Shown piece by piece: positions 17,970 through 26,825 of a stretch of 64,000 nt of DNA. The first letter of the stretch is position 1; each line of letters opens with the position of its first letter. Below the pieces are notes generated by a model. It saw nothing but the letters and a program-made list of their open reading frames with translations. It was not told the DNA's origin and did not search any database. The position numbers were made by a program, and so were the translations under genes. The stretch is from a virus: IMG/VR virus record IMGVR_UViG_3300035698_018873, positions 3,755 through 67,754 of that record. One strand, written 5' to 3'.

Positions 17970-18897
17970 GATATTCCTTTTTTACATCATTAAGCCAGGC
18001 TTTAGTTTGTTCTATAGAAAATGTTGATTTAGCGATATTTATACATTTCAAGACAAGATTGATATTATCAATGTCGTGACCAAGATTATTATCAATTCGA
18101 TCAGCAGAGACACTAAAACATGGATGTTTATAAACAGCCATTGGCAGCCCAGTTATAGCGCATAAACCATTTTGTTTTTCAAATAACAATGTTAACAGGT
18201 CTGTTGTTAAATAATTATTTAAAGCCTTGCTGTTGTCTCTCATTTCGCCATTTCTTTTAACTGATGAAAGATAATCTCTTGAAAATCTTTGCGGCTTAAA
18301 TTTTTTATTACCAACCAAACAATCTAAAAAGAATAAAACATCGCCATTTGCATGCTTATTTTTGGCAATATTTAATCCACGACAAATTAATTGAATATTA
18401 TCTCTTGTGTGACCAAAATCATTATTAATTCTATCTATAGATATATCAAACAACGATGTTTCGCATGTTAATTTTATCCCTGACAATCCACATTTACAAC
18501 TTTGTTGTTCAAGCATTCCAAACACGAAATCACAGTCAATGTCACCAATTCTATTATTTCTTTTGTCTTCATTTAAGGAATTGTAGACTTTTGATTTAAC
18601 AAATAACTCAACCGAATTATTTCTTTTTTTAATCCATCTTTTATATAACAACTTTCGACCAGTTTTGTCCCTACTTTTTTTAGCATAATCTCTGCTTTTA
18701 TATTGTTCATCTGTTAATGATTTATTAGCACAAAATCTGCACTTTGTTCTTTTACACCTTTCTCTTTCCATGATCGTTTTGTATGATAACACATACTCTT
18801 TTTTACAATTATCACACCTAAACCAAATTTTGGATTTTTTACTTAAACTATCTTGACATGTGCCGAATTTTTGTCTTGACACTTCCCAATCTATCAT
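17953..18897 (-). CDS. Zinc-ribbon protein with two tandem His-Me-finger (HNH/EndoVII-like) domains
   Basis: CGLSG..SIDRINNDFGH..NIQLIC..NIAK and CAITG..SADRIDNNLGH..NINLV..NIAK; start reassigned to ATG 18897. Confidence 0.75.
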   Translation of the reverse strand: MIDWEVSRQKFGTCQDSLSKKSKIWFRCDNCKKEYVLSYKTIMERERCKRTKCRFCANKSLTDEQYKSRDYAKKSRDKTGRKLLYKRWIKKRNNSVELFVKSKVYNSLNEDKRNNRIGDIDCDFVFGMLEQQSCKCGLSGIKLTCETSLFDISIDRINNDFGHTRDNIQLICRGLNIAKNKHANGDVLFFLDCLVGNKKFKPQRFSRDYLSSVKRNGEMRDNSKALNNYLTTDLLTLLFEKQNGLCAITGLPMAVYKHPCFSVSADRIDNNLGHDIDNINLVLKCINIAKSTFSIEQTKAWLNDVKKEYHARTN

Positions 18898-18903
18898 AAA
18901 TGG

Positions 18904-18932
18904 ATTATAACACAATTTTAAAAATTTGTCAA
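18904..18932 (-). promoter_or_regulatory. Consensus sigma70 promoter, leaderless
   Basis: TTGACA-17 bp-TATAAT with extended TG; ATG 18897 follows 6 nt after the -10. Confidence 0.85.
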
Positions 18933-19117
18933 TATATTTACAACATGTAACAATCGTCGCTGTAAATATATTCATGCCAACCGCTAATATATTAACAAAC
19001 CGAATGTATTCATACTAAATACGACTGCTGCATATAGCTAAATGCGATTGCTACACATGAACACAAACGCCGACTAATATTGTAAATACATTTACAATTT
19101 ATAATATCAAAACAAAG

Positions 19118-19149
19118 AAAAACCCCGAAATGTTCTTTCGGGGTTTTTT
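19118..19149. terminator. Intrinsic (bidirectional) terminator after the capsid gene
   Basis: AAAAACCCCGAAA-TGTTC-TTTCGGGGTTTTTT. Confidence 0.88.
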
Positions 19150-19155
19150 GTAATA

Positions 19156-20673
19156 CTACAGATTGCTTACGTTAATGGTGGCGTAGAAAAGTCCACCATC
19201 CTCGATAAGTTTTTTACCATATCTCGTCATCACACCCTTGTTTGGGGTGAAGCTGTTAGGATCAAGCACAGTAGGAGTGCTTAACAGCGGAATATATGGA
19301 GCATAGAAATAACCAGCATCCAATGCGCTATTACCCTTGAATCCCATTAAGATCTTACAGTTCGGAAACAGTGGGTCTTTGTAGAGCTTCAGCTTGCCTT
19401 GGATAGTACCAGCATTGGTAATACCAATATCAATACCATCGGTTGACAGAGCATCAGAACCACGGAAGTCATTCAGCTGCTCAAATTTAGAAGCAATGTC
19501 AGAACTAGTAACCATCCAGTTAGCAGGACCACGCAAGGTAGTTCTGTGCAGGACATTAGCAACTTCCAAAGTCTTGTACAGCAACGCGATGTTACGATCA
19601 ACAAAGTTGACAGATGCACCAGCTGCAGTAGCAAAGTTGTGGGTAGCGCGAATACTAGAGGCAATGATAAGGTCGTTGATGATCTCACGATCGATTTCAG
19701 CAACAATCTCGTCACCCAACAGGTCAGTCAGGGTAGATTCAGCATCGATGTTATGCACCGATTTGAGATCCTGAGCTGCTTCCAGAGACCAAGAAGTCTT
19801 GAGCTTACGAGTCATAGCACTAACGCTATCACTGTCAATACTCAGAGTGACTTCAGGCTGAAAAGGGTTGTCTTCCAGGTCGAACTCATAATCAGTAGTC
19901 GCAACAACATCAGCTGGGAGAGAACCACCAATAAGAGTAACAACCACTTCACCAGTTGCATTATTAAAACTGGAGGTGTTCTGATCAACACTAATAGCAC
20001 TGGTAACTTCATCAGAAGTAACAATGGTATCAACATTGCCTTCAGAGTCGAAGGTCACCTGCAACATAGGATCAGGAGTGTCGCAGCTATCTTCGTCAGG
20101 ACTAAAGACATTAACAACAACAGTACCAGCAAGAACTGGCATCTGAGCAAGTTTGCCGCTGATGACACTACCAGCAATACTAAGTTGCTCATCCTTAACA
20201 GTTTGGGAACTGTAGTAAGGATCTAATGCCCAGCCGTTCTGACGAGAGAACTGCTGACTGGTGTTCTGACGCATAATCTGCGTGCCAGCTTGAGTTTGAC
20301 CCTTGGTCAAAGCGTAGCGATAGCGGATGTAGAAGAGCAAACTAGCAGGCTGACTCATTGGCTGAACACCAACAAGACTATCAGCAATCAGCTTAGGATA
20401 GCTCTTACGCAGTAAAGGCAGCGCAAAACGGGTAAAGTCAGCGATATTACCACTAGTGGTAGTCTGACTACCCTCAGTAAGGAGACTGCTCTGAGCCTTG
20501 CCATCACCGATCATGTGTTTGTGCTGATTTTCAAGAATAGCAGCCATGAGCTGCATTTTGCTTTTAGACTTGACTTCAGGCATCTTATTGATGACTTTAG
20601 CCCAACGCTTAACTGTCTGGTTGGACTTAGCTTCAGTAAGAAGTACCTTTTGTCTTAAACTTGGTTTGGTCAT
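19156..20673 (-). CDS. gp23: Major capsid protein (T4 gp23-like)
   Basis: ILENQ, GVQPMSQP, TRKLKTSWSLEAAQDL, EIDREII, DAGYFYAPYIPL, FTPNKGVMTRYG. Confidence 0.97.
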   Translation of the reverse strand: MTKPSLRQKVLLTEAKSNQTVKRWAKVINKMPEVKSKSKMQLMAAILENQHKHMIGDGKAQSSLLTEGSQTTTSGNIADFTRFALPLLRKSYPKLIADSLVGVQPMSQPASLLFYIRYRYALTKGQTQAGTQIMRQNTSQQFSRQNGWALDPYYSSQTVKDEQLSIAGSVISGKLAQMPVLAGTVVVNVFSPDEDSCDTPDPMLQVTFDSEGNVDTIVTSDEVTSAISVDQNTSSFNNATGEVVVTLIGGSLPADVVATTDYEFDLEDNPFQPEVTLSIDSDSVSAMTRKLKTSWSLEAAQDLKSVHNIDAESTLTDLLGDEIVAEIDREIINDLIIASSIRATHNFATAAGASVNFVDRNIALLYKTLEVANVLHRTTLRGPANWMVTSSDIASKFEQLNDFRGSDALSTDGIDIGITNAGTIQGKLKLYKDPLFPNCKILMGFKGNSALDAGYFYAPYIPLLSTPTVLDPNSFTPNKGVMTRYGKKLIEDGGLFYATINVSNL

Positions 20674-20709
20674 TATGGTCTTCCTTGTTTGAGAGTAAGA
20701 TTAATTAAA

Positions 20710-21441
20710 TCACATCATTTCTGCGATTTGGTCGATATCGTGGTCACCATCAGCACTCTTGCGAGTTTGTGATTTGCCACTACCATTACCAACTTCTTCA
20801 GAAATTGGTTGCTTAGTTTTAGGCTGTTTAGCTAAAACTTTTCCTTCGCTGAGGAGCTTTTTGTCCGTAACTTTTTTGGATAAAGATTCACGAGCTTCGC
20901 TCAAAAGCTTTTCACCATCAGTTACTTTGGACTCAAGAATTTTCTGTCTAGAGACAGATTTTTCAGCAAGTTCACTCATTTTGGCTGATTTAGATTTCTC
21001 GCGAGAAACCTCTTCTTTTAGAGTAGCTAACTCTGCTGTCAGAGCAGCATTTTTCTTACTCTCAACCTGCAATGTCTGTGCGTTTTCCGCGCTGTCTAAT
21101 TTTATGCCGCCCAAGATCCCTGTGACCTTCTTGAGCTTGCTGACAGCTTCAGACTCAGCAATAGCCGAATTTTTCTCTGACGCTTTAAGAATTGTTTTTT
21201 GTTGGGATTCCATGAAAAGCTGAACACCACGAGAAAGAGAAGCCTTATGAGCTTCAACTTCTTCTACGCAAATTTTCTTAGCTTTATCTAACCTAGAACC
21301 ATATTCCTTTTGAAGCTTGGACTTTTCATCACCATGCCACGATTCGCACACAGCAATAAACTCTTTGTTTGCTTCTTCAGAAATGCCCATTGCTTTAAGC
21401 AATGAGCCGATTTTTTGTAGACCAGTAGGTTTATCTTTCAT
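20710..21441 (-). CDS. Prohead scaffold protein (gp22-like)
   Basis: Coiled coil directly upstream of the capsid gene; many L/I-x-E sites; ATG 21441 with AAGGA SD. Confidence 0.7.
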   Translation of the reverse strand: MKDKPTGLQKIGSLLKAMGISEEANKEFIAVCESWHGDEKSKLQKEYGSRLDKAKKICVEEVEAHKASLSRGVQLFMESQQKTILKASEKNSAIAESEAVSKLKKVTGILGGIKLDSAENAQTLQVESKKNAALTAELATLKEEVSREKSKSAKMSELAEKSVSRQKILESKVTDGEKLLSEARESLSKKVTDKKLLSEGKVLAKQPKTKQPISEEVGNGSGKSQTRKSADGDHDIDQIAEMM

Positions 21442-21552
21442 GTCATATTCCTTGTTAGTTTTGACCAAAAATGGTATTGGATTGACATTATATTTGTTGT
21501 TTTCTTTATCAGCTAAGAAAAAGATATATTGATAATAAAAGTAAATAATTTC

Positions 21553-22158
21553 ATGAAATATATATGTTCAAGATGCAGCACTGAATATGACTTTAAAAAA
21601 TCAAAAAAAGATCCATTCGTATGTAGAAAGTGCAAAATAAGAGATACCACTAGAAGAAAAGAATTTAGAGATGCAGCTCAAGAAAAATCAAGACTAAAGT
21701 TATCAAATCCCAATGTAAAATCAAGAATGTCTCAGTTAGCAATTTTAAATAACATAAACAACGCTCAAAAAATAAGCAAAAGTTTAAAAAAACATCATAA
21801 AAACAACATTGAATCTAGAAAATCAATAAGTGACAGAGTAACAAAATTATGGAAAGAAGAAGAATATTCTGAAAAGACTTGTAATGGCATAAAAGAAAAG
21901 TGGAAAGATCCAATATACAGAGGTAAGATTTTAGGAAGTAGATTAAAAATAAACGATCCATTGCATGTGATTGAAAAATTAGGCTATTCTTACGTTCCAA
22001 AATTTAGACTTGGACCACACACATTTGATTATTTAATAGGAAACATGTATTTGTACGACAAGCAAATACTAAAACTTAAAGCAATATTTTTAAATCATTA
22101 TTTTAGCGACTACGTTTACACTAATGATCTAAATTCAATTCCGAAACCTGAGAGTTAG
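21553..22158 (+). CDS. Homing-endonuclease-like protein with degenerate DUF559/Vsr-like domain
   Basis: CSRC..CRKC, KxWxDxxYR repeats, LGYSYVPKFRLGPHTFDYLI without the downstream E..G..WH. Confidence 0.6.
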   Translation: MKYICSRCSTEYDFKKSKKDPFVCRKCKIRDTTRRKEFRDAAQEKSRLKLSNPNVKSRMSQLAILNNINNAQKISKSLKKHHKNNIESRKSISDRVTKLWKEEEYSEKTCNGIKEKWKDPIYRGKILGSRLKINDPLHVIEKLGYSYVPKFRLGPHTFDYLIGNMYLYDKQILKLKAIFLNHYFSDYVYTNDLNSIPKPES

Positions 22159-22345
22159 AAGCCTCATCCATTTCTTTTGCTTTTTTCTTCTTTTTCTTTG
22201 GCTTTTCTTTTGTGTCTAAAGCCATTGGAACCATTGCGATAGCACCAGTACCAACAGTCTCACTAACAATAGTTCCTTCAGGCAAAATCATCATTTCACC
22301 GTTGCATTCTATCACAACATCATTTAATAATCTATATTTAGACAT
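22121..22345 (-). CDS. Small putative head protein
   Basis: LLNDVVIECNGEMMILPEGTIVSE resembles a segment of the upstream core protein. Confidence 0.6.
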   Translation of the reverse strand: MSKYRLLNDVVIECNGEMMILPEGTIVSETVGTGAIAMVPMALDTKEKPKKKKKKAKEMDEASNSQVSELNLDH

Positions 22346-22362
22346 TGTATCTTCCTAAAGTT

Positions 22363-22390
22363 AGACCCTCAGAATTTCTTCCAAGGGTCT
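22363..22390 (-). terminator. Stem-loop with GAAA tetraloop (terminator or stability element)
   Basis: AGACCCUUGGAA-GAAA-UUCUGAGGGUCU; weak U tail. Confidence 0.6.
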
Positions 22391-22416
22391 TTATTAAGTC
22401 AGAAATCAAAGTTTGC

Positions 22417-23607
22417 TTAATAGCATTCCATCATTTCGTCTTCGTCATCAAGGCCGATATCGTCCTCAATTTCTTCTTCATCTTCTAAATCGCTTTCAAG
22501 TTCATCATCATCGTCAAAATCATTATCTTCGTCGTCAATGCCAAGTTCGTCGTCTTCTTCACCAGCAATGGCTGCTTTCAAATCTTTAAGATCAGTGATA
22601 GCATCATCTAAAACAGATGCTATAGATTCTGGGTCAGTGATGTCAATATTACAAAATTCATCTTCACAACCACCAACTTCATCTGGATCAATGATCGACA
22701 CTTCCATGCCAAATTCATCATCACCGTCGTCGTCAATTTCTTCATTGCCACCACCAATTTCTTCATCACCACCAATTTCGTCATTGCTAATTTCATCACC
22801 ACCGCCAATGTTATCAACAACTTCCTCTTCCTCTTCTTCAAATCCAAAGCTTTCCTTGACTACAGAATCATCAGATTCGGCATCGTCATCATCAGTAACA
22901 GCAGCAGAAGCGGCAGGAGAGCTATTCTTTTCGTCCTGATGATCAGATTCAGTAGCTTCTTTACCAAAGCTGCCAGGAGAAGTAGCGTTTTTACCACCGT
23001 TCTCATTGCCAGACTCAGAAACAATTATCTTAGTGCCAGCTTTTAAAAGTTCAGTCTTGCCATCTCTTTCAACAAGAACATCATGCGGAAGTTCAATAAC
23101 TCTTCCTTCTTGTTTAACAGACTTGTCAGCAACACCTTTACCGTCAGCCTTTTCAATTGCTGGTTCTTTGGTGCCACCTTCTGAGGTTTTAGAATTTCCA
23201 ACAGACTTATCAGCAAGACCTTCACCAGGTTGTTCCATTGTTTCTTTAGTCTTAGTCTTAGTACCAGAGTCAGAATTTGACTGAGTACCAGCAACATGAT
23301 TTTCCATACCACCTCCAGTGTAGCAATCACAATCTTTTGGCTTTTTGTCAGCAACACCGCTTCCTTCAGCTTTTTCAATAGCAGCATTACCACTACCAGC
23401 AGCTGGGGCACTACCGCCGCCAGTTTCGCCACCAGTATTACCGCCAATCTCTTTGCCATCACCAGAAAGTTTTATATTACTAGAACTTTCTTTCTTTTTT
23501 GGCTCTGAGTCCTGGGTCACGCTTTTACCTTGCACGCCCTTGCCATCGGCAGAAATCATGCCGATTTCTTCTTGAATAGCTCTCAATATTGCAACACGAT
23601 CAGACAT
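22417..23607 (-). CDS. Acidic low-complexity prohead core/internal protein
   Basis: Repeats AIEKAxGxGVADK; D/E-rich C-terminus; between protease and scaffold. Confidence 0.7.
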   Translation of the reverse strand: MSDRVAILRAIQEEIGMISADGKGVQGKSVTQDSEPKKKESSSNIKLSGDGKEIGGNTGGETGGGSAPAAGSGNAAIEKAEGSGVADKKPKDCDCYTGGGMENHVAGTQSNSDSGTKTKTKETMEQPGEGLADKSVGNSKTSEGGTKEPAIEKADGKGVADKSVKQEGRVIELPHDVLVERDGKTELLKAGTKIIVSESGNENGGKNATSPGSFGKEATESDHQDEKNSSPAASAAVTDDDDAESDDSVVKESFGFEEEEEEVVDNIGGGDEISNDEIGGDEEIGGGNEEIDDDGDDEFGMEVSIIDPDEVGGCEDEFCNIDITDPESIASVLDDAITDLKDLKAAIAGEEDDELGIDDEDNDFDDDDELESDLEDEEEIEDDIGLDDEDEMMECY

Positions 23608-23631
23608 TTTTGTCTCCCAGGTGATTTTTGA

Positions 23632-24312
23632 TCAACTTAAGTATTCTTTCATAGCCTCAACGAATTTTTTCTCGTTGATTCTCTTAAATTGCTGTTTTTT
23701 GGTCCTATTAATTTTACTCTCCATCACATGAAGAGCAGTGCCTACAACAGATGGTTCATTGACCGCATCAAAACAGACAAACCTGAACCCAGGAAGGACT
23801 CTGTTTACTTCTGTGCCATCTTCCATCAAGTCTGTTTCCATATCACCAACACCACGGCTGCTAATAGAAACTGTTATTTTTTGGTCAAGAAGTGCTTTAA
23901 GAATCTTGCCCTTTGGCAAGTCTTCTAAAATTTCAAATTGACCGTAAACATTGTTGCCTTCCATCCATAACTTGGTTAGGAGAAGACAGGCATTTTCAGT
24001 ATGAATTTTAGCATCATCTGGATGATCCAATTCACCTAAAACCATTCGCTGTTCAATAGAAGGTTTTAAAGCTCCGATCGCTTCACTCATGACATCATGA
24101 GAATAAAATCTGCCGTTTTCATTTTGCCAATTAGCTTTTTGAATAAGGCTAGTCAGTCTAGTATACTTACGCTTGTTGTCGCCAGTTCCTTCAACAATTG
24201 TTTCGGGTTCTTTAATTAGCTTAAAAGCGAAAGTATCTCTAATGATCTGGCCATTTTCAGAGCTAGTCATTAGAGAATTTTCAAGAAGCAGTTTTGCTTT
24301 GCTTAGTTCCAT
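23632..24312 (-). CDS. gp21: Prohead protease (T4 gp21-like)
   Basis: NENGRFYS, LGELDHP, ISSRGVG, FDAVNEPS. Confidence 0.95.
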   Translation of the reverse strand: MELSKAKLLLENSLMTSSENGQIIRDTFAFKLIKEPETIVEGTGDNKRKYTRLTSLIQKANWQNENGRFYSHDVMSEAIGALKPSIEQRMVLGELDHPDDAKIHTENACLLLTKLWMEGNNVYGQFEILEDLPKGKILKALLDQKITVSISSRGVGDMETDLMEDGTEVNRVLPGFRFVCFDAVNEPSVVGTALHVMESKINRTKKQQFKRINEKKFVEAMKEYLS

Positions 24313-24320
24313 ACTACACC

Positions 24321-26750
24321 TTAAGCGCTTGGATGACCAGAATTAGGCTTGTCTTTGCCAGTTTTAGCTTTAGAAGTGCCATCGTAATCTTTATCAGAAA
24401 AAGATGGCTTAGCATTGACTACCTTACCGTCACTGTCTTTGCCAGCAACGGTTTCGCTAGTGTAGTCTTTCTTGTCAGGATCTGTGACATTATTGTCTTC
24501 AGAAACTGGATTTTCTTCGTCAGATTCTTCATCATCAATGATGACTTCACCATCTTCATCAGGTCTAATGCCATCATTGTCTTCGTCTTCTTCTTCATCA
24601 CCGCCAACAATCACTTCGTCTTCGTCATTTGCAACTACATCATCAATTTCTTCCTTAGACTGCAAAACTCTATCCAAAATGCTTAGCAGTTCTTCATCGT
24701 TGTCAGCAATGATAGCTACAGACTCATCAATGGGATTATTATCATCATAATCGCCATCACTGTCATCGTCTTCTTCAGCATCGTCTTCTTCTTTGATGAC
24801 AGTATTATCATTTGCTATGTTTTCGTTGCAATCTTCGTCTTTGTTGTCATCTTCGTCTTTGTTGTCATCTTCTTCGTCTTTGGAATCTGAGCCAAATCCT
24901 TTATATTCTTCGTTAATTTCAATGTCACCATTGCCACCAAAATTATATCTATCTTCTTTTTCTATAACTTCTGGAATACTTTCAGAAATCACAAAGTCAT
25001 AGTAAAGAGATGCCATTTCTTCAAACAGATTGGCATCAATATCTTTAGACTTGTCCATGACCTGTTTTAAAAATCTCAAGTCAGATTCAACCAAACCCTT
25101 TTTGAGCATTTTCCTGAATTCTTTGTCATTTATTTCAATTTCTTGCGATCTGGTACTTTTCATTGCCTCAACAACCAATTTAATATCTTCTTCGGTCATT
25201 TCAGCTATTGGCTTAGCATTTCTGATAACATGAGCCAACTGAAGCTCTTCATCTTCAATCTCTTCATCTTCAGCATTTGCGTCAATCTCTTCATCGCCAA
25301 TGTCTTCACCGCCAATATCTTCACCACCAATACCCATGCCGCCAATACCCATGCCGCCAAAATTGGCGTCACCCATGTCACCTTCAAAATCACCGACATC
25401 AGTTTCAGTTCCAAAAGTGTCAACACTTTGAGGTTCAGGTATTCTATCAAAATCAGCAAGAGTATTAGTATCATTAACTAGGTCAGCACTAACATTTGCT
25501 AGTAAATCTTCAGCTTCGTAAAGAGTAGCATCATCAACATTGTTAATGTCACTCTCAATCCTGATGATTAAGTCATTAACTGATTCCTTAACCGCTTGGT
25601 CAGCATCAGAGCCATCAACAACGTTATTCATCATTTTTAACATGTTTAAATATGCCTGAGCTTTAACAGCTCTAGAGGACATATCTTCGTTAAATAATTT
25701 AGATAAGAATCTGTCGTAAGTATCTGAAAACACTCTTGGTGATTTAACAGAAGATTCCTTTAAAATTTCAACGTTTTCTCTCAGTTCTCTGCTGCCGCTT
25801 AATGAAGCTGCAACAGACCACTGCTCAAGAATGTCATTTTTATTAACATGACAATTTGTTTCCCATAATAACATCGAAGTATTCTTGGAAACATGATAAT
25901 TAAAGATGCCATTTCTGTACAAAGAATTTTCAACAAGAGCCATCATGCCATCTTGATCAAGCACACAGAATTCTTGCTCTTCTTTTAAGAAGTCTTTGCA
26001 AAGGCCAATAGCATCAGTCGTCTGACCATTAGAAACATGACCAGCAATGGTCTTCATTAGCCTATTAAAATTAGTGCTGCTGTGTGCATTCTCAGCAACT
26101 ATTCTCATATGTCTAGCAACAACTTTACGCTTAGTCAACTCATTGATCGGAAATTTAGATTTTTCTTCACCAATCATTATGTTTCCTTCACTGATAACAG
26201 CTTCAGAACTCTTTAATGATTCTTTTAATGTTTCTACAACTCTGGGGTAAATATCTTCTGGGATTAACCCATTACTGGCAGATATTCTATGATTAATGCC
26301 GTCCCATGTCCTAGTAACACCACCAGCGGGAATAGCAGTAGGACAGCAGTTACCAGCTTTAATTTTATTGAAAATCTGATTGGTTCTGCTTAAATCTTCA
26401 CTATCAAGCGAATCTTCAATAGAGTCAACCAGCAATCTGCAAGATTCACTAAAAATAGCTGGCTTCTCTTGATCGATTATTTCTAATCTATGAATATTGC
26501 TGATTTGAAAAGACCTATTGTTCTTTTCTAAATCTGCCCTGTAATATTCATTAGTGTCAACGCTTTCAAACACCACACTATTGAAATTGTGAGAAACAAG
26601 ACGTAATTTTTCGCCAGTTTCTTCACTAATACGGTTTAGTTTGCTTTCGACCAACTTAATCTGGCTGCTGTAGCCTTTGTTTACGCTGGCCAAAAACTTA
26701 CGTGCGTCTATTTTAGACTTAGGCGCAGAACTTAGTTTTTGATTGCCCAT
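24321..26750 (-). CDS. Large acidic prohead core protein
   Basis: 809 aa between portal and protease; many L/I/V-x-E sites; acidic tail. Confidence 0.7.
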   Translation of the reverse strand: MGNQKLSSAPKSKIDARKFLASVNKGYSSQIKLVESKLNRISEETGEKLRLVSHNFNSVVFESVDTNEYYRADLEKNNRSFQISNIHRLEIIDQEKPAIFSESCRLLVDSIEDSLDSEDLSRTNQIFNKIKAGNCCPTAIPAGGVTRTWDGINHRISASNGLIPEDIYPRVVETLKESLKSSEAVISEGNIMIGEEKSKFPINELTKRKVVARHMRIVAENAHSSTNFNRLMKTIAGHVSNGQTTDAIGLCKDFLKEEQEFCVLDQDGMMALVENSLYRNGIFNYHVSKNTSMLLWETNCHVNKNDILEQWSVAASLSGSRELRENVEILKESSVKSPRVFSDTYDRFLSKLFNEDMSSRAVKAQAYLNMLKMMNNVVDGSDADQAVKESVNDLIIRIESDINNVDDATLYEAEDLLANVSADLVNDTNTLADFDRIPEPQSVDTFGTETDVGDFEGDMGDANFGGMGIGGMGIGGEDIGGEDIGDEEIDANAEDEEIEDEELQLAHVIRNAKPIAEMTEEDIKLVVEAMKSTRSQEIEINDKEFRKMLKKGLVESDLRFLKQVMDKSKDIDANLFEEMASLYYDFVISESIPEVIEKEDRYNFGGNGDIEINEEYKGFGSDSKDEEDDNKDEDDNKDEDCNENIANDNTVIKEEDDAEEDDDSDGDYDDNNPIDESVAIIADNDEELLSILDRVLQSKEEIDDVVANDEDEVIVGGDEEEDEDNDGIRPDEDGEVIIDDEESDEENPVSEDNNVTDPDKKDYTSETVAGKDSDGKVVNAKPSFSDKDYDGTSKAKTGKDKPNSGHPSA

Positions 26751-26825
26751 TTATAATCCCCTAGTTTAAGGTATTTTTGCGTAGAAAGTATAGTTGAAAA
26801 ATTAATGATCGTTATCAAATTACAA

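Noticed and set aside
19394-20226. Plus-strand ORFs of 126 and 226 aa
   Set aside because: Antisense shadows of the codon-biased capsid gene; likewise most plus-strand ORFs in the track overlap clear minus-strand genes
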